The notes: generated by a model not told the origin, from the sequence alone. A stretch of 64,000 nt of DNA from a virus (IMGVR_UViG_3300014204_000107:171468-235467), one strand, 5' to 3'. Positions 50,614-60,429 are shown, numbered from the stretch's first letter. A program made the numbers and translations.

Positions 50614-51075
50614 ATGGAAAATAGCAATAGATTATTGAGGAAAGTCCTTAAAGAAGGCCTTGAAGATGAATTTTTAACAAGCGATAGAAAGAAGGAATTC
50701 ATTGAGGATGTATATAATTACTCTAATATGGGTGATGTTATATACCGCGGTGATGAACTAAAAAAAATTGCTGCTAAAATTAAATTACTTACCCAATTAG
50801 CGGAACCAGTAGTTTTAGCATCTGTTGATGAATGGTTTGATATGCAATCTGTTAAGAAAGATATGAAGATCATCCGTGAACAAGGCATTATGCTTGAAAA
50901 AACAGCAAAAGAAGTAGCAGTCTTACAATACAGATTAGAATCTGCTTTTGATGATATTGGCGTAAAGCTTAATAAATATTTTGATATGGCAGACAACGTA
51001 GCAACTGGCGAGGAAGAAGAACCTGAAACGACAGAAGAAATACCGGAAGAACCAGTTGAAACGCCTGAAAAATAA
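50614..51075 (+). CDS. Hypothetical head-module protein
   Basis: GGGGA RBS; LLRKVLKE leader-like start; helical. Confidence 0.6.
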   Translation: MENSNRLLRKVLKEGLEDEFLTSDRKKEFIEDVYNYSNMGDVIYRGDELKKIAAKIKLLTQLAEPVVLASVDEWFDMQSVKKDMKIIREQGIMLEKTAKEVAVLQYRLESAFDDIGVKLNKYFDMADNVATGEEEEPETTEEIPEEPVETPEK

Positions 51076-51084
51076 GGAGTAATT

Positions 51085-51360
51085 ATGAAAATACTTGAAT
51101 TACGCAAATTAATTAAAGAGGAAGTTGAAAAATCACTTACTGATTTTAATGCATTACCAAAGAAATTTGAAGATGTTGAAATTGGCAAAGAATTTGGTGT
51201 ATTTGATACAGATTGCGGTGGCATTGTAAAATGGAAAAAAATATCTGAAACAGAAGCAAAACTTGTGTCAAAGCAGGAAAAAGAAAGCGATATTAAAAAA
51301 GGCGATGAAGCAAATTTCTCAAAGACTACAACTGTGCAAGTAAAAGAATCAAAAAAATAA
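51085..51360 (+). CDS. Small protein with leader variant
   Basis: AAGGAG RBS; MKILELRKLIKEEVE. Confidence 0.7.
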   Translation: MKILELRKLIKEEVEKSLTDFNALPKKFEDVEIGKEFGVFDTDCGGIVKWKKISETEAKLVSKQEKESDIKKGDEANFSKTTTVQVKESKK

Positions 51361-51376
51361 ATTTAAAATTAAAACA

Positions 51377-51622
51377 ATGGATTTACAACCAAAGAAAGGA
51401 AAAGTAAGCTATTTTGGCAACAATGTAAAAGTAATTAATGGTAACATTGATGAAGCATTACGCAGATTAAAAGGAGCAGTAAAAGATTCTGGTGTTATGT
51501 TTGAATTAAAGCAACGGCAAGAGTTCTTACCGCCATCTGCCATAAAAAGAGAAGTTAAACAAAAGGCTATTAGAAAGCAACAATTAATTAGTTTACGCGA
51601 AAAAGAAGACAGATTAATATAA
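51377..51622 (+). CDS. rpsU: Ribosomal protein bS21
   Basis: VKV.NGNIDEALRRLK..VKDSGV..ELKQRQEFLPPSAIKR signature. Confidence 0.88.
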   Translation: MDLQPKKGKVSYFGNNVKVINGNIDEALRRLKGAVKDSGVMFELKQRQEFLPPSAIKREVKQKAIRKQQLISLREKEDRLI

Positions 51623-51664
51623 TTATTTCGAATATTTTTCGATTTTTCTACAATAGAGCATACT

Positions 51665-51783
51665 TATTTATAGATAGCAGTCAACTGCTGTCTATTTATA
51701 TTTAATATCCTATGATAAATATAGGGTTCGTGCACAAAATAAACATATTATAGCTTAAAATAGTTATAGAGCACAAACAGGAG
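51665..51783 (+). promoter_or_regulatory. Putative late promoter and structured leader of the scaffold-capsid operon
   Basis: TATTTATA at 51665; hairpins at 51670-51695, 51707-51727 and 51730-51774; SD CAGGAG at 51778. Confidence 0.5.
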
Positions 51784-51792
51784 ATATACAAA

Positions 51793-53025
51793 ATGGAATT
51801 TTCCAAAGATTTTATTAAAGAAGCTGTAGCAGATTCAAAAGCATTACGCGAAACTGCATTGATAAATGCAAGAAAACAACTTGCTGAAGCATTTGAACCC
51901 AAAATAAGAGCAGCAATTTCAGACCAAATTGGTAAAGAAGTCGACGAAATGCCGATTGATCCAATTGACGCTGAGTTTGAAGGAATACAAGATTTAGCAA
52001 CAGATATGCCGGTAGACACAGAAGGCTTGCCAGTAGGTGAACAACCAGAAGAAATGGAACAAGAAAGCCTTGGCATTAGTGACGAAGACGTAGATATGCT
52101 ATTAAAAGAACTTGAAGGTGACGAAGAAGAAATGCCGAAAGACGCCGAACCAGAAGCAGAATTAGCAGCACCGGAAGATTCACCAATTTCTGCCGATGAT
52201 TTAGCAGGCGACGAATTTGGCGGAGACCAAGAAATTGATTTAGATAATCAGCAACTTGATGTAAATGTAGATGATGCAACTGCACCAGAAGCAGACGAAG
52301 TAGATGATTTTGATTTTGAAATTGAAATGGACGACGAAGGTGGCGAAACACAAGAAATTACAGTAGAGCCAGGTGAAACCGTAACATTAAAAATTAATGC
52401 TGTGCCTGAAGGTGAGGAAGCACCAGAAAATGATATTGATATGGGCGATGACGAAGAAGTTATTACATTAGATGACGAAGAACCCGTTAAAGAAGAAGGC
52501 GTGCAAACATTTAGTGATGACGACGAAATCATTTCATTAGAAGAATTAGCTAATGACTTAGCATCTAATGAACAAGAAGACCAAAAATATAAACTTGAAC
52601 TTGAAGAAGCTAATAAAAATTTAGCTGACGCATATAACGTAATCGAAGAATTGCGTGCAAAAATAAACGAAGTGGCATTGTTAAATGCAAAACTATTATT
52701 TACGAATAAACTGTTCAAATACGGTTTAAACGAACAACAAATGGTTCGTATTGTTAACTCATTTAATAAAGCAGAATCACTACGAGAGTGTAAATTAATT
52801 TATAATACACTCAATGAGTCTCTTAAGAATAAGCAAGTTCTTAAAGAGAAGAAAGAAACCACCTTGTTAGAACGTGCAGGTGTGCAATCAGCTGCAAGGC
52901 CAACAAGAACAACTAATGAAAGAACACTATTGAAAGAAACTGCTGAAACGCAAGATGATATTCAATACATACTTCCGCCAGAAGTTGTAGACAAATTACA
53001 AAGATTAGCAAAAATAAAGCAATAA
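51793..53025 (+). CDS. Prohead scaffold/core protein (gp22-like)
   Basis: Very acidic, coiled coil, immediately upstream of the capsid gene; EVALLNAKLLFTNKLF; many LxE sites. Confidence 0.8.
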   Translation: MEFSKDFIKEAVADSKALRETALINARKQLAEAFEPKIRAAISDQIGKEVDEMPIDPIDAEFEGIQDLATDMPVDTEGLPVGEQPEEMEQESLGISDEDVDMLLKELEGDEEEMPKDAEPEAELAAPEDSPISADDLAGDEFGGDQEIDLDNQQLDVNVDDATAPEADEVDDFDFEIEMDDEGGETQEITVEPGETVTLKINAVPEGEEAPENDIDMGDDEEVITLDDEEPVKEEGVQTFSDDDEIISLEELANDLASNEQEDQKYKLELEEANKNLADAYNVIEELRAKINEVALLNAKLLFTNKLFKYGLNEQQMVRIVNSFNKAESLRECKLIYNTLNESLKNKQVLKEKKETTLLERAGVQSAARPTRTTNERTLLKETAETQDDIQYILPPEVVDKLQRLAKIKQ

Positions 53026-53042
53026 TTTTAAAGGAGAAAAAA

Positions 53043-54737
53043 ATGGCTGAAAATTTAATGAACGTTTTCGCAAATGACGCAAAGGCAGCCTATCGTAATC
53101 AACATGAACAATCCAAGAAACTCATTAAGAAATGGGAACGCACTGGTTTGTTAGAAGGTATCAAACATGAATACGATAGATCGACTATGGCAGTCTTGCT
53201 TGAAAACCAAGCTCGCCAGTTAGTGACAGAAGTATCACGTACTGGTACTGCACAATACTCAGAAGAATGGAGTGGCGTAGCCCTTCCATTAGTTCGACGT
53301 GTATTTGCAGAAATCGCTGCAAAAGAATTCGTTTCTGTGCAGGCAATGACACTTCCAAGTGGACTTGTATTCTACTTAGACTTCAAGTATGGTAGCGGCG
53401 TAAGTGGGTTTACTACATCAGAAGGTACCAGCGACCAATGGGGCTGGCAAGAAAATTCTGTATATGGTAAAACTTCAGTAGCAGGTGAACCTTCAGGTGG
53501 TCTTTATGGTGCAGGCAAATTTGGATATTCTATTAACCAATTTACTACTCATTCTGCAATTGTATCAACCGGCTCAGCAGCTTGGTCAGATGTAAACTAC
53601 GATCCTACATTGTCAGCATCAATTGGACAATATAAGAAAGTTGTTATTGATATGGCAACTGCAAACATGGACCCGGAAGGCGTTCGTGCTTTTGCATTGA
53701 TCGATGGTGCCGGTACTGCTATGAACTTACCTACATATACTGCACCAGTATATGCAAGCAGCGCATGGTCACGAATCCAAATGATTGTAACTAATTCAAT
53801 TGAAATGGCTCCGTCAACTAATACGGCATCCATTGAATATAACAAACAACCAGGCGCATATAGCCGTGGTGATTTTGAAGCAACCGGTGACCCTTCATGG
53901 GGTAACGGAACAGGTGTGGAACAATATGATCCATCAGCTGGTAGTGTTGGTACTAATGCACTTCAAATTCCTGAATTAAATGTATCCTTACGTTCAGTTC
54001 CTATTGTTGCTAAAACAAGAAAATTGAAAACCGTATGGACACCAGAATTTGCTCAGGACTTAAATGCATATCACTCAATTGATGCTGAAGCCGAATTAAC
54101 TTCATTGTTAAGTGAGTATATGACCTTAGAAATTGACTTGGAAATCCTTGACATGCTTATCGAAAATGCTATTACAGTAGATTACTGGAATGCACAACCA
54201 GGTAAGATAATTGGAGCTACTCAAACTAATGGAGAATCAGATTGGCAAGCACAAGGTTTTGGCAGCACTTCAATGTTCTACACTCAACCAACATGGTTCC
54301 AAACTTTAGGCATTAAATTGCAGAAAGTTTCTAATTTAATCCACAAGAAAACCTTACGCGGTGGTGCAAACTTTATCGTATTAGGTCCTACTGTAGCAAC
54401 TATTATCGAATCGATCCCTGGCTTCGCTGGAGATACTGACGGTAATCAGGTGAAATTTGAAGCTGGTATCCAACGTATTGGTAGTCTTTCAAAGAGATAT
54501 ACGGTTTACAAAAACCCATATATGAAAGAAGATACAATCCTTATGGGATTCCGCGGTACTCAGTTCTTAGAAACTGGTGCTGTTTTCGCTCCATATATTC
54601 CATTGATTATGACGCCATTGATCTACGATCCAGTGAACTTTACACCTAGAAAAGGCGTAATGACGCGTTATGCAAAGAAAGTCGTTCGCCCCGAATTTTA
54701 TGGTAAAATTTTTGTAGGTGGAACAAACTATATTTAA
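53043..54737 (+). CDS. gp23: Major capsid protein (T4 gp23-like)
   Basis: LLENQ, PLVRR, VSVQAM..PSGLVF, AKTRKLK, EFAQDLNAYH.IDAEAEL, APYIPL, DPVNFTPRKGVMTRY. Confidence 0.96.
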   Translation: MAENLMNVFANDAKAAYRNQHEQSKKLIKKWERTGLLEGIKHEYDRSTMAVLLENQARQLVTEVSRTGTAQYSEEWSGVALPLVRRVFAEIAAKEFVSVQAMTLPSGLVFYLDFKYGSGVSGFTTSEGTSDQWGWQENSVYGKTSVAGEPSGGLYGAGKFGYSINQFTTHSAIVSTGSAAWSDVNYDPTLSASIGQYKKVVIDMATANMDPEGVRAFALIDGAGTAMNLPTYTAPVYASSAWSRIQMIVTNSIEMAPSTNTASIEYNKQPGAYSRGDFEATGDPSWGNGTGVEQYDPSAGSVGTNALQIPELNVSLRSVPIVAKTRKLKTVWTPEFAQDLNAYHSIDAEAELTSLLSEYMTLEIDLEILDMLIENAITVDYWNAQPGKIIGATQTNGESDWQAQGFGSTSMFYTQPTWFQTLGIKLQKVSNLIHKKTLRGGANFIVLGPTVATIIESIPGFAGDTDGNQVKFEAGIQRIGSLSKRYTVYKNPYMKEDTILMGFRGTQFLETGAVFAPYIPLIMTPLIYDPVNFTPRKGVMTRYAKKVVRPEFYGKIFVGGTNYI

Positions 54738-54773
54738 TATTTTTTATATACTATTAAGCTTAAATGCGGTAAG

Positions 54774-54802
54774 AAAGAGGATCAATTTGATCCTCTTTTT
54801 TT
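54774..54802 (+). terminator. Intrinsic terminator after the major capsid gene
   Basis: AAAGAGGATCA-ATT-TGATCCTCTTT followed by a T run. Confidence 0.88.
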
Positions 54803-54869
54803 ATAAATTATTTTTCGAAAAAACTTATTCTTTTAGAATTTTATACTATATATATAAGAAAAGAATAGT

Positions 54870-56438
54870 ATGAAAAGCAAAAAAACAGTAATATGTGTGA
54901 TATGTAATAATGAATATAATGCTAGAGGGTTTCATAATCATATAACCCAGCATCATCATATGTCATTGGATGAATATAAAAAATTAGATTATAATCATCC
55001 GTTTAAAGATGGTCACGAACCAGCGTATCATCGAAAAAAAGAAAAAAGAAAATGTTTAATATGCGGAGCAATATTGGAATCCGAATCATTGTTATCTTAT
55101 CATATTAGACTATTGCATCACATGGACAAATTAAGTTATATTATTAAATATGAATTAAATGGAATAATCCCAGTATGTAAATGTGGGTGTGGTAAAAATG
55201 TTAAAATTTTAAAGCAACCACCGTATAAGCGTGATTATATCATTGGGCACAATGATAATCCGATGATTGGGCGAAAGCATACAAAAAAATCAAAGAATAT
55301 GATGAGTAAGAGCGCAAAAAATCGAATCAATCAAGATAAAACTAATGGAATTATTACTTCTTGGCATTCACCAACTGCTATAAAGAAACGAAGTATGGCA
55401 TATTCAGCATATTGGTTATCAAAAAAATTAGATATGTATAATGTAACGTTACTGTGCAGCCACCAAGATTATATTGATAATAAGATTAAATTTAAATGCA
55501 ATGTGTGTGGTAGGATCCAAGAACAAAATCATAAATCATATTTATTATGCGATAAATGTTATCCAAGAGTTAGATCTGCAGCCCAAACAGAAGTTGCAGA
55601 ATTTATTGAATCATTAGGAATTAATGTAGTATTGAATACCAAAAGTGTAATTAAAAATAAAGAATTGGATATATATTTGCCTGATTATAAATTAGCTATA
55701 GAATATGATGGTTTATATTGGCATAGTTTAATTGCCGATAATAAATATCATATAAATAAATCTAAGGAATGCGAGCAAATTGGAATTCAATTAATTCATA
55801 TTTTTGAGGATGAGTGGATTTTTAAGCAAGAAATAGTAAAATCAAGATTATTGCATATTGTTAATAAAACACATAATAAAATATATGCAAGAAAGTGTAA
55901 AATTGTAAAGTTAACCAAAAAAGAAAAAGATGAATTTTTAGAATTAAATCATATACAAGGAAAAGATATATCCTCTATTTATTATGGATTAATGTACGAT
56001 GATAGTATTGTTTCATTGATGACATTTTCTAAGCCAAGAATAATATCAAAAACAAAAGAATTAATTAATACATTTGAATTAGTAAGATATGCTAGCCATA
56101 TGAATTATAATATTGTTGGCGGGGCAAGTAAGTTACTAAATAAATTTATTATCGAGAACAAGCCCAGTAAAATAATATCTTATGCCGATAGAAGATGGAC
56201 AACCACGATCAAAGAAACGGTGTACGATAAATTAGGATTTATTAAAGTTAAAGAAACCGTACCAGATTATTGGTACATTAAATCCCAGCGCCGACTGCAT
56301 AGATTTAATTTTGCTAAACATCGATTAGTTAAAATGGGTTATGACAAAAATAAAACGGAATCACAAATTATGAAAGAAATTGGATATGGAAAAATATATG
56401 ATTGCGGCAGTTTAAAATATGAAATGAAATTTGATTAG
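54870..56438 (+). CDS. Hef-like homing endonuclease
   Basis: Two C2H2 fingers, CKCGCG, NUMOD3-like GRKHT, ELDIY..LAIEYDGLYWH..IFEDEW, C-terminal IYARKC...SYADRRW...IYDCG. Confidence 0.82.
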   Translation: MKSKKTVICVICNNEYNARGFHNHITQHHHMSLDEYKKLDYNHPFKDGHEPAYHRKKEKRKCLICGAILESESLLSYHIRLLHHMDKLSYIIKYELNGIIPVCKCGCGKNVKILKQPPYKRDYIIGHNDNPMIGRKHTKKSKNMMSKSAKNRINQDKTNGIITSWHSPTAIKKRSMAYSAYWLSKKLDMYNVTLLCSHQDYIDNKIKFKCNVCGRIQEQNHKSYLLCDKCYPRVRSAAQTEVAEFIESLGINVVLNTKSVIKNKELDIYLPDYKLAIEYDGLYWHSLIADNKYHINKSKECEQIGIQLIHIFEDEWIFKQEIVKSRLLHIVNKTHNKIYARKCKIVKLTKKEKDEFLELNHIQGKDISSIYYGLMYDDSIVSLMTFSKPRIISKTKELINTFELVRYASHMNYNIVGGASKLLNKFIIENKPSKIISYADRRWTTTIKETVYDKLGFIKVKETVPDYWYIKSQRRLHRFNFAKHRLVKMGYDKNKTESQIMKEIGYGKIYDCGSLKYEMKFD

Positions 56439-56499
56439 TTTATAGTATATTTTATTTTATATCTATATTTATATAAGCACAAATCTAATATGGTAAACT

Positions 56500-57030
56500 A
56501 TGAACCGTGATAATTTAAATATAGTAAAAAAAGGCATTAGACGCATTATTTGTGAAGTATTAGATGAAACATTGAATACTATACAAAAAGTGGGGTGGTC
56601 TTATGATGGTGAAGCACAGTTCACAGCCAGCAATGGTAAAGAATATAATATTCAAATATATCCACTCCATTTGATAGTTGTGAATTCGAGGGCGAAGAAA
56701 TTATTAAATATTGGAAAGAAGCTACTGGGGGATGATTTATGGTTAAAGTTTTATGCATTTGGATATATTATTGGGTTTGCTGATGAATATGAACGAGATA
56801 CCATATTAGGCACTGGTAATGCTGCAGAAATTTTTAGTATTGTTGGTCATGCTGTTATAGATAGAATAAAGGAGAAAGATATTGAATATATTTGCTTCGA
56901 TGCAAAAGAACCAAGTAGAAAAAGATTATATGCAAGGCTTGCCCAATTATTAGCAAAAGAATTAAATTATAATTTAGTAATATCCCCAGATGGTGGTATA
57001 TTTTATTTATATACAAAGGAGTTAGCATGA
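56500..57030 (+). CDS. Hypothetical protein with leader-like N-terminus
   Basis: IRRIICEVLDE; C-terminal GTGNA..IF....F.AKEPSRKRLY. Confidence 0.6.
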   Translation: MNRDNLNIVKKGIRRIICEVLDETLNTIQKVGWSYDGEAQFTASNGKEYNIQIYPLHLIVVNSRAKKLLNIGKKLLGDDLWLKFYAFGYIIGFADEYERDTILGTGNAAEIFSIVGHAVIDRIKEKDIEYICFDAKEPSRKRLYARLAQLLAKELNYNLVISPDGGIFYLYTKELA

Positions 57031-58151
57031 AACTGAAAGAATTACGGCAATTAATTAGAGAATGCATTAATGAAGAATTGCAATCGAATACTAAATTTGA
57101 AATCATATTTCGTAGTGATATTGATGATGATGTAGTAGTGCAAGAAAAGTTTAATTCTAAGCAGGAAGCAATGGATTGGGCGGATAGTTGTGAATATAAT
57201 TATGACGATATTGTATTAGATGATGGTGGTAATGATATATGGAAAACATTTTATAGATATTACAACCCAGAAGATGGTGAGAATCATTATACTGGCTATG
57301 AAGTACGCCCAGTGATGCCAATAAAAGAAGAAACAAATAAATTTGAAATGGTGCAATATAAAAATAAAAAATATTATGCAAATGCAAATGATATTAATGA
57401 TAGCACTATTAGTAAATTATTTTTATATGTTGACTCACAATTGAATAATGTTGTTAAAATTAATGGTAAATCATTAATGGTTAGCAAGTCTGAATTAGCT
57501 GATAAATTAAAAGAAGAAATAAATAATAATGTATTTTATAATCGGGGTGATGTTATAAGATTAAATGCAGATGCAGAAGTATCATTGAGCTATAAAGAAG
57601 GCTCGCCGCCAAAGACTTTAATAAAAAATGCATTGTGGGTGGTAGACGATTATGAGCTAGATGAATTTAGTGATATTGGAGGACAAATTTTAAATCTATC
57701 GACATTTGAGCCTGTGGGGGGTTATAATGCCGGTTCTTTTTGTTGTTTTGTGCACAGCGACGATGTTAAAGAAAAATCAAAAGCATACCGAATGAAAGAT
57801 AATATTAAAGAAGAATATATAGCAAATTTTAATGAAGAAGTGCCAGTTGAAGTAGTATTGGATAAATCAAATCATGCAGGAGAGCGTCAATATAGGCACG
57901 GGGAAGAAAATATTATATCAGATGAAGAAATAGTAGAACATATTAAAAGGGCATCTAAAAAAATATTGCGTGCAATGATATTAAATAGTATCAATATTGG
58001 TGACTCAATGTTAGTGCGAGACCAGCAAAAGGATTTAAATGTAGTTTGCATGTCCGCAAGAAGTGGTGCGGGTGTTAAGATAATTATTATAACAGTAATG
58101 CGTAAGCATGGTTTCTTTGCAAAACCAGGAACTAAAATAGTTGATATTTAA
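57027..58151 (+). CDS. Leader-bearing multi-domain protein
   Basis: AAGGAG RBS; MKLKELRQLIRECINEE; internal [IL]KEE linkers. Confidence 0.72.
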   Translation: MKLKELRQLIRECINEELQSNTKFEIIFRSDIDDDVVVQEKFNSKQEAMDWADSCEYNYDDIVLDDGGNDIWKTFYRYYNPEDGENHYTGYEVRPVMPIKEETNKFEMVQYKNKKYYANANDINDSTISKLFLYVDSQLNNVVKINGKSLMVSKSELADKLKEEINNNVFYNRGDVIRLNADAEVSLSYKEGSPPKTLIKNALWVVDDYELDEFSDIGGQILNLSTFEPVGGYNAGSFCCFVHSDDVKEKSKAYRMKDNIKEEYIANFNEEVPVEVVLDKSNHAGERQYRHGEENIISDEEIVEHIKRASKKILRAMILNSINIGDSMLVRDQQKDLNVVCMSARSGAGVKIIIITVMRKHGFFAKPGTKIVDI

Positions 58152-58163
58152 TAAGGAGACACA

Positions 58164-58409
58164 ATGAACAAAACAGAATTAAAGCAATTAATTAAAGAGG
58201 AAATTAAAGTTGTATTAAAAGAATCTAATTATACTGAAATGTTTAGAGAATTATTGAATGATATACGAGACGATATTGCAAATAATGTATCTATTCATGA
58301 CGTACCATATGCGTTAGGCGATACCTGGGACGTAGAAATAGATCCAATATCGATATCGGCCGCTGTTGACGCAGTATTTAAAACATTGCATAATTATGAT
58401 TTATTATAA
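58164..58409 (+). CDS. Small protein with KQLIKEE leader
   Basis: AAGGAG RBS; MNKTELKQLIKEEIKVVLKE. Confidence 0.75.
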   Translation: MNKTELKQLIKEEIKVVLKESNYTEMFRELLNDIRDDIANNVSIHDVPYALGDTWDVEIDPISISAAVDAVFKTLHNYDLL

Positions 58410-58418
58410 GGGACCACA

Positions 58419-58853
58419 ATGAATAAGCAAGAATTAAAGCAATTAATTAAAGAAGAATTATCAAAATATGTTGGTGGTTTGTTTCAATCCAAGGAAGGAG
58501 ATTATATATCAATAGGAATTGAAGGCAGCAGATACAGGCATTTTGGTAAAGTTGTTAAGATACTTGATGATAAAAAAGTTAAAGACGATAATGGCAATAT
58601 ATTCTATCCGGTCGGAAGATTATACAGAGGCGGCAGCACTATATTTCAAAAACAATATAATAATAAAAATGTTGTATCAGCAAAGATTATAACACAACAG
58701 GAATTTGATAATCAGCATAAGCAAATTAAAGTTAATTTTATAAGACAGTTTGATTATAATAGAGTAGATATTGCAACAATAGAGGCTATGATAGATTTGC
58801 TCCCTGTTAAACAAGCAAGCACATTAAATACATCAAGATTTAAAGACAAATAA
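58419..58853 (+). CDS. Small protein with KQLIKEE leader
   Basis: AAGGGA RBS; MNKQELKQLIKEELSK. Confidence 0.72.
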   Translation: MNKQELKQLIKEELSKYVGGLFQSKEGDYISIGIEGSRYRHFGKVVKILDDKKVKDDNGNIFYPVGRLYRGGSTIFQKQYNNKNVVSAKIITQQEFDNQHKQIKVNFIRQFDYNRVDIATIEAMIDLLPVKQASTLNTSRFKDK

Positions 58854-58854
58854 C

Positions 58855-59487
58855 ATGAAAAAATTACTTTTATTTTTAGTAGGATTATTTATAGTCATAT
58901 TATCAACGTCATGTCATATTCAACGTGATCTAACAGACGTTCAACCAAGAGTTAATATAGACTATAACTTGTATTCGAACGTCGATCTAATCGACCCGTA
59001 TTACATTTCCTATGAAAGCAGATTACGCCATTTCCATTCTTCCTATTATTTTGGGCTATATTATGGGTATTGGTACAATCCTTATTTAGATTATACTTAT
59101 TACTATTATACTCCATATAATTGGTATTATTATAACTATCCTTATTATTGGCAATACCAACAACATTATTACCATAATTGGCAACATAATTGGAATAATA
59201 ATACTAATATTTATTATGGTCCGCGAAAGCCAAGAACAAATAATAACGGAACACCAAATAGCCAACCAAGAAAGCCAAGAGTAGTACAAAAAGAAGATAA
59301 CCGGGCATATTGGCAGAAAAAGCAGCCAACCGTTACGATACATATGAAGCAAGATGTAAGACAAACACCTAAACAGAATATTAGGCAGCAAGAACCACGA
59401 AAGCGGGTTCAGCAACCCAAACCCAATATAATACCTAATAAAAGTCAATCAAAGCCTATATATAATAAAACCCCACGGAGACGATAA
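58855..59487 (+). CDS. Putative lipoprotein with Tyr-rich and basic low-complexity regions
   Basis: MKKLLLFLVGLFIVILSTSC type II signal peptide. Confidence 0.72.
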   Translation: MKKLLLFLVGLFIVILSTSCHIQRDLTDVQPRVNIDYNLYSNVDLIDPYYISYESRLRHFHSSYYFGLYYGYWYNPYLDYTYYYYTPYNWYYYNYPYYWQYQQHYYHNWQHNWNNNTNIYYGPRKPRTNNNGTPNSQPRKPRVVQKEDNRAYWQKKQPTVTIHMKQDVRQTPKQNIRQQEPRKRVQQPKPNIIPNKSQSKPIYNKTPRRR

Positions 59488-59488
59488 T

Positions 59489-60109
59489 ATGAAAAAAATT
59501 ATAAAAGAAGTCAATAACGAGCAAACCAATGAGGCTCTTGAACTTATAAAAAATTCAAAATTATGCACTGAGTATGGGTGCAATGCGGAAGCAGTTGAAA
59601 AAGAAGTCAAAAAGCATGGAGAACCAATTAAACTTAATGTGATACAAGTTTCTGGCATGAAAGATGAAGGCAATGATCCAGATCCTTGCTTTGACTTTGT
59701 AAAAGAATTATTGGAAAAGAATGGTTTTGAAATTAGGGCAAGCCAGTGGCGCAATATTTATAGGGAAGATGTTCCTTGGAGATGCCTTATGTTAGTTGAT
59801 AAATCACCAGTCACCGAAGAAAAGCAAATGATAACTGAAAGAGAATGGGGATTAACAATTGATTTATCTGATGTGTGGCCTCAAGAAGATGAATTTGTTT
59901 TTGAAGAAGTGCGAGACGCCATTGTTAATAAGTTAGAACAATGTGAGGATGATGTATTAGCATTTTCAGAAGATATTGTTATGGAATACGAAGATTTAAT
60001 TAGCCAATTAAAATATGCAGAAGACGAAGATGAGTTTGATTATACATTGGAAGAGCTATATAATTGGGCCGATGATAATAATGTATTTATTGAAAAATTT
60101 GGAGGTTAA
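59489..60109 (+). CDS. Acidic hypothetical protein
   Basis: GGAG RBS; MKKIIKEVNNEQTNE start; internal VTE/ITE linker. Confidence 0.62.
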   Translation: MKKIIKEVNNEQTNEALELIKNSKLCTEYGCNAEAVEKEVKKHGEPIKLNVIQVSGMKDEGNDPDPCFDFVKELLEKNGFEIRASQWRNIYREDVPWRCLMLVDKSPVTEEKQMITEREWGLTIDLSDVWPQEDEFVFEEVRDAIVNKLEQCEDDVLAFSEDIVMEYEDLISQLKYAEDEDEFDYTLEELYNWADDNNVFIEKFGG

Positions 60110-60111
60110 TA

Positions 60112-60417
60112 GTGATAGAACTAAATCCATATACAGGATTGCCAGTTTATAGTTATCAAAAATTTCAAGTTTTTGAATCGAGCTTATACCCTGTGCCATA
60201 TGACGCGTATGAAGTAGCAGCAAGAAATGATGCTGGAATGCCGACACAAACTATATATTATACTATAAACCCATTATATTCAGGGAGTTTTGATGCAATT
60301 ACTGGTAGTATGAGTACATACTCGGCAAGTGCGTCCATATTTACGAAGGTATTTACACAATATATGACAACAAGTGGTTCATCCATACAAACTATTCATG
60401 TATTAAGAAATGTTTAA
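60112..60417 (+). CDS. Small putative virion protein
   Basis: GGAGG RBS, GTG start; SGS/TGS/SAS-rich. Confidence 0.55.
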   Translation: MIELNPYTGLPVYSYQKFQVFESSLYPVPYDAYEVAARNDAGMPTQTIYYTINPLYSGSFDAITGSMSTYSASASIFTKVFTQYMTTSGSSIQTIHVLRNV

Positions 60418-60429
60418 TAGGAAGTAACA

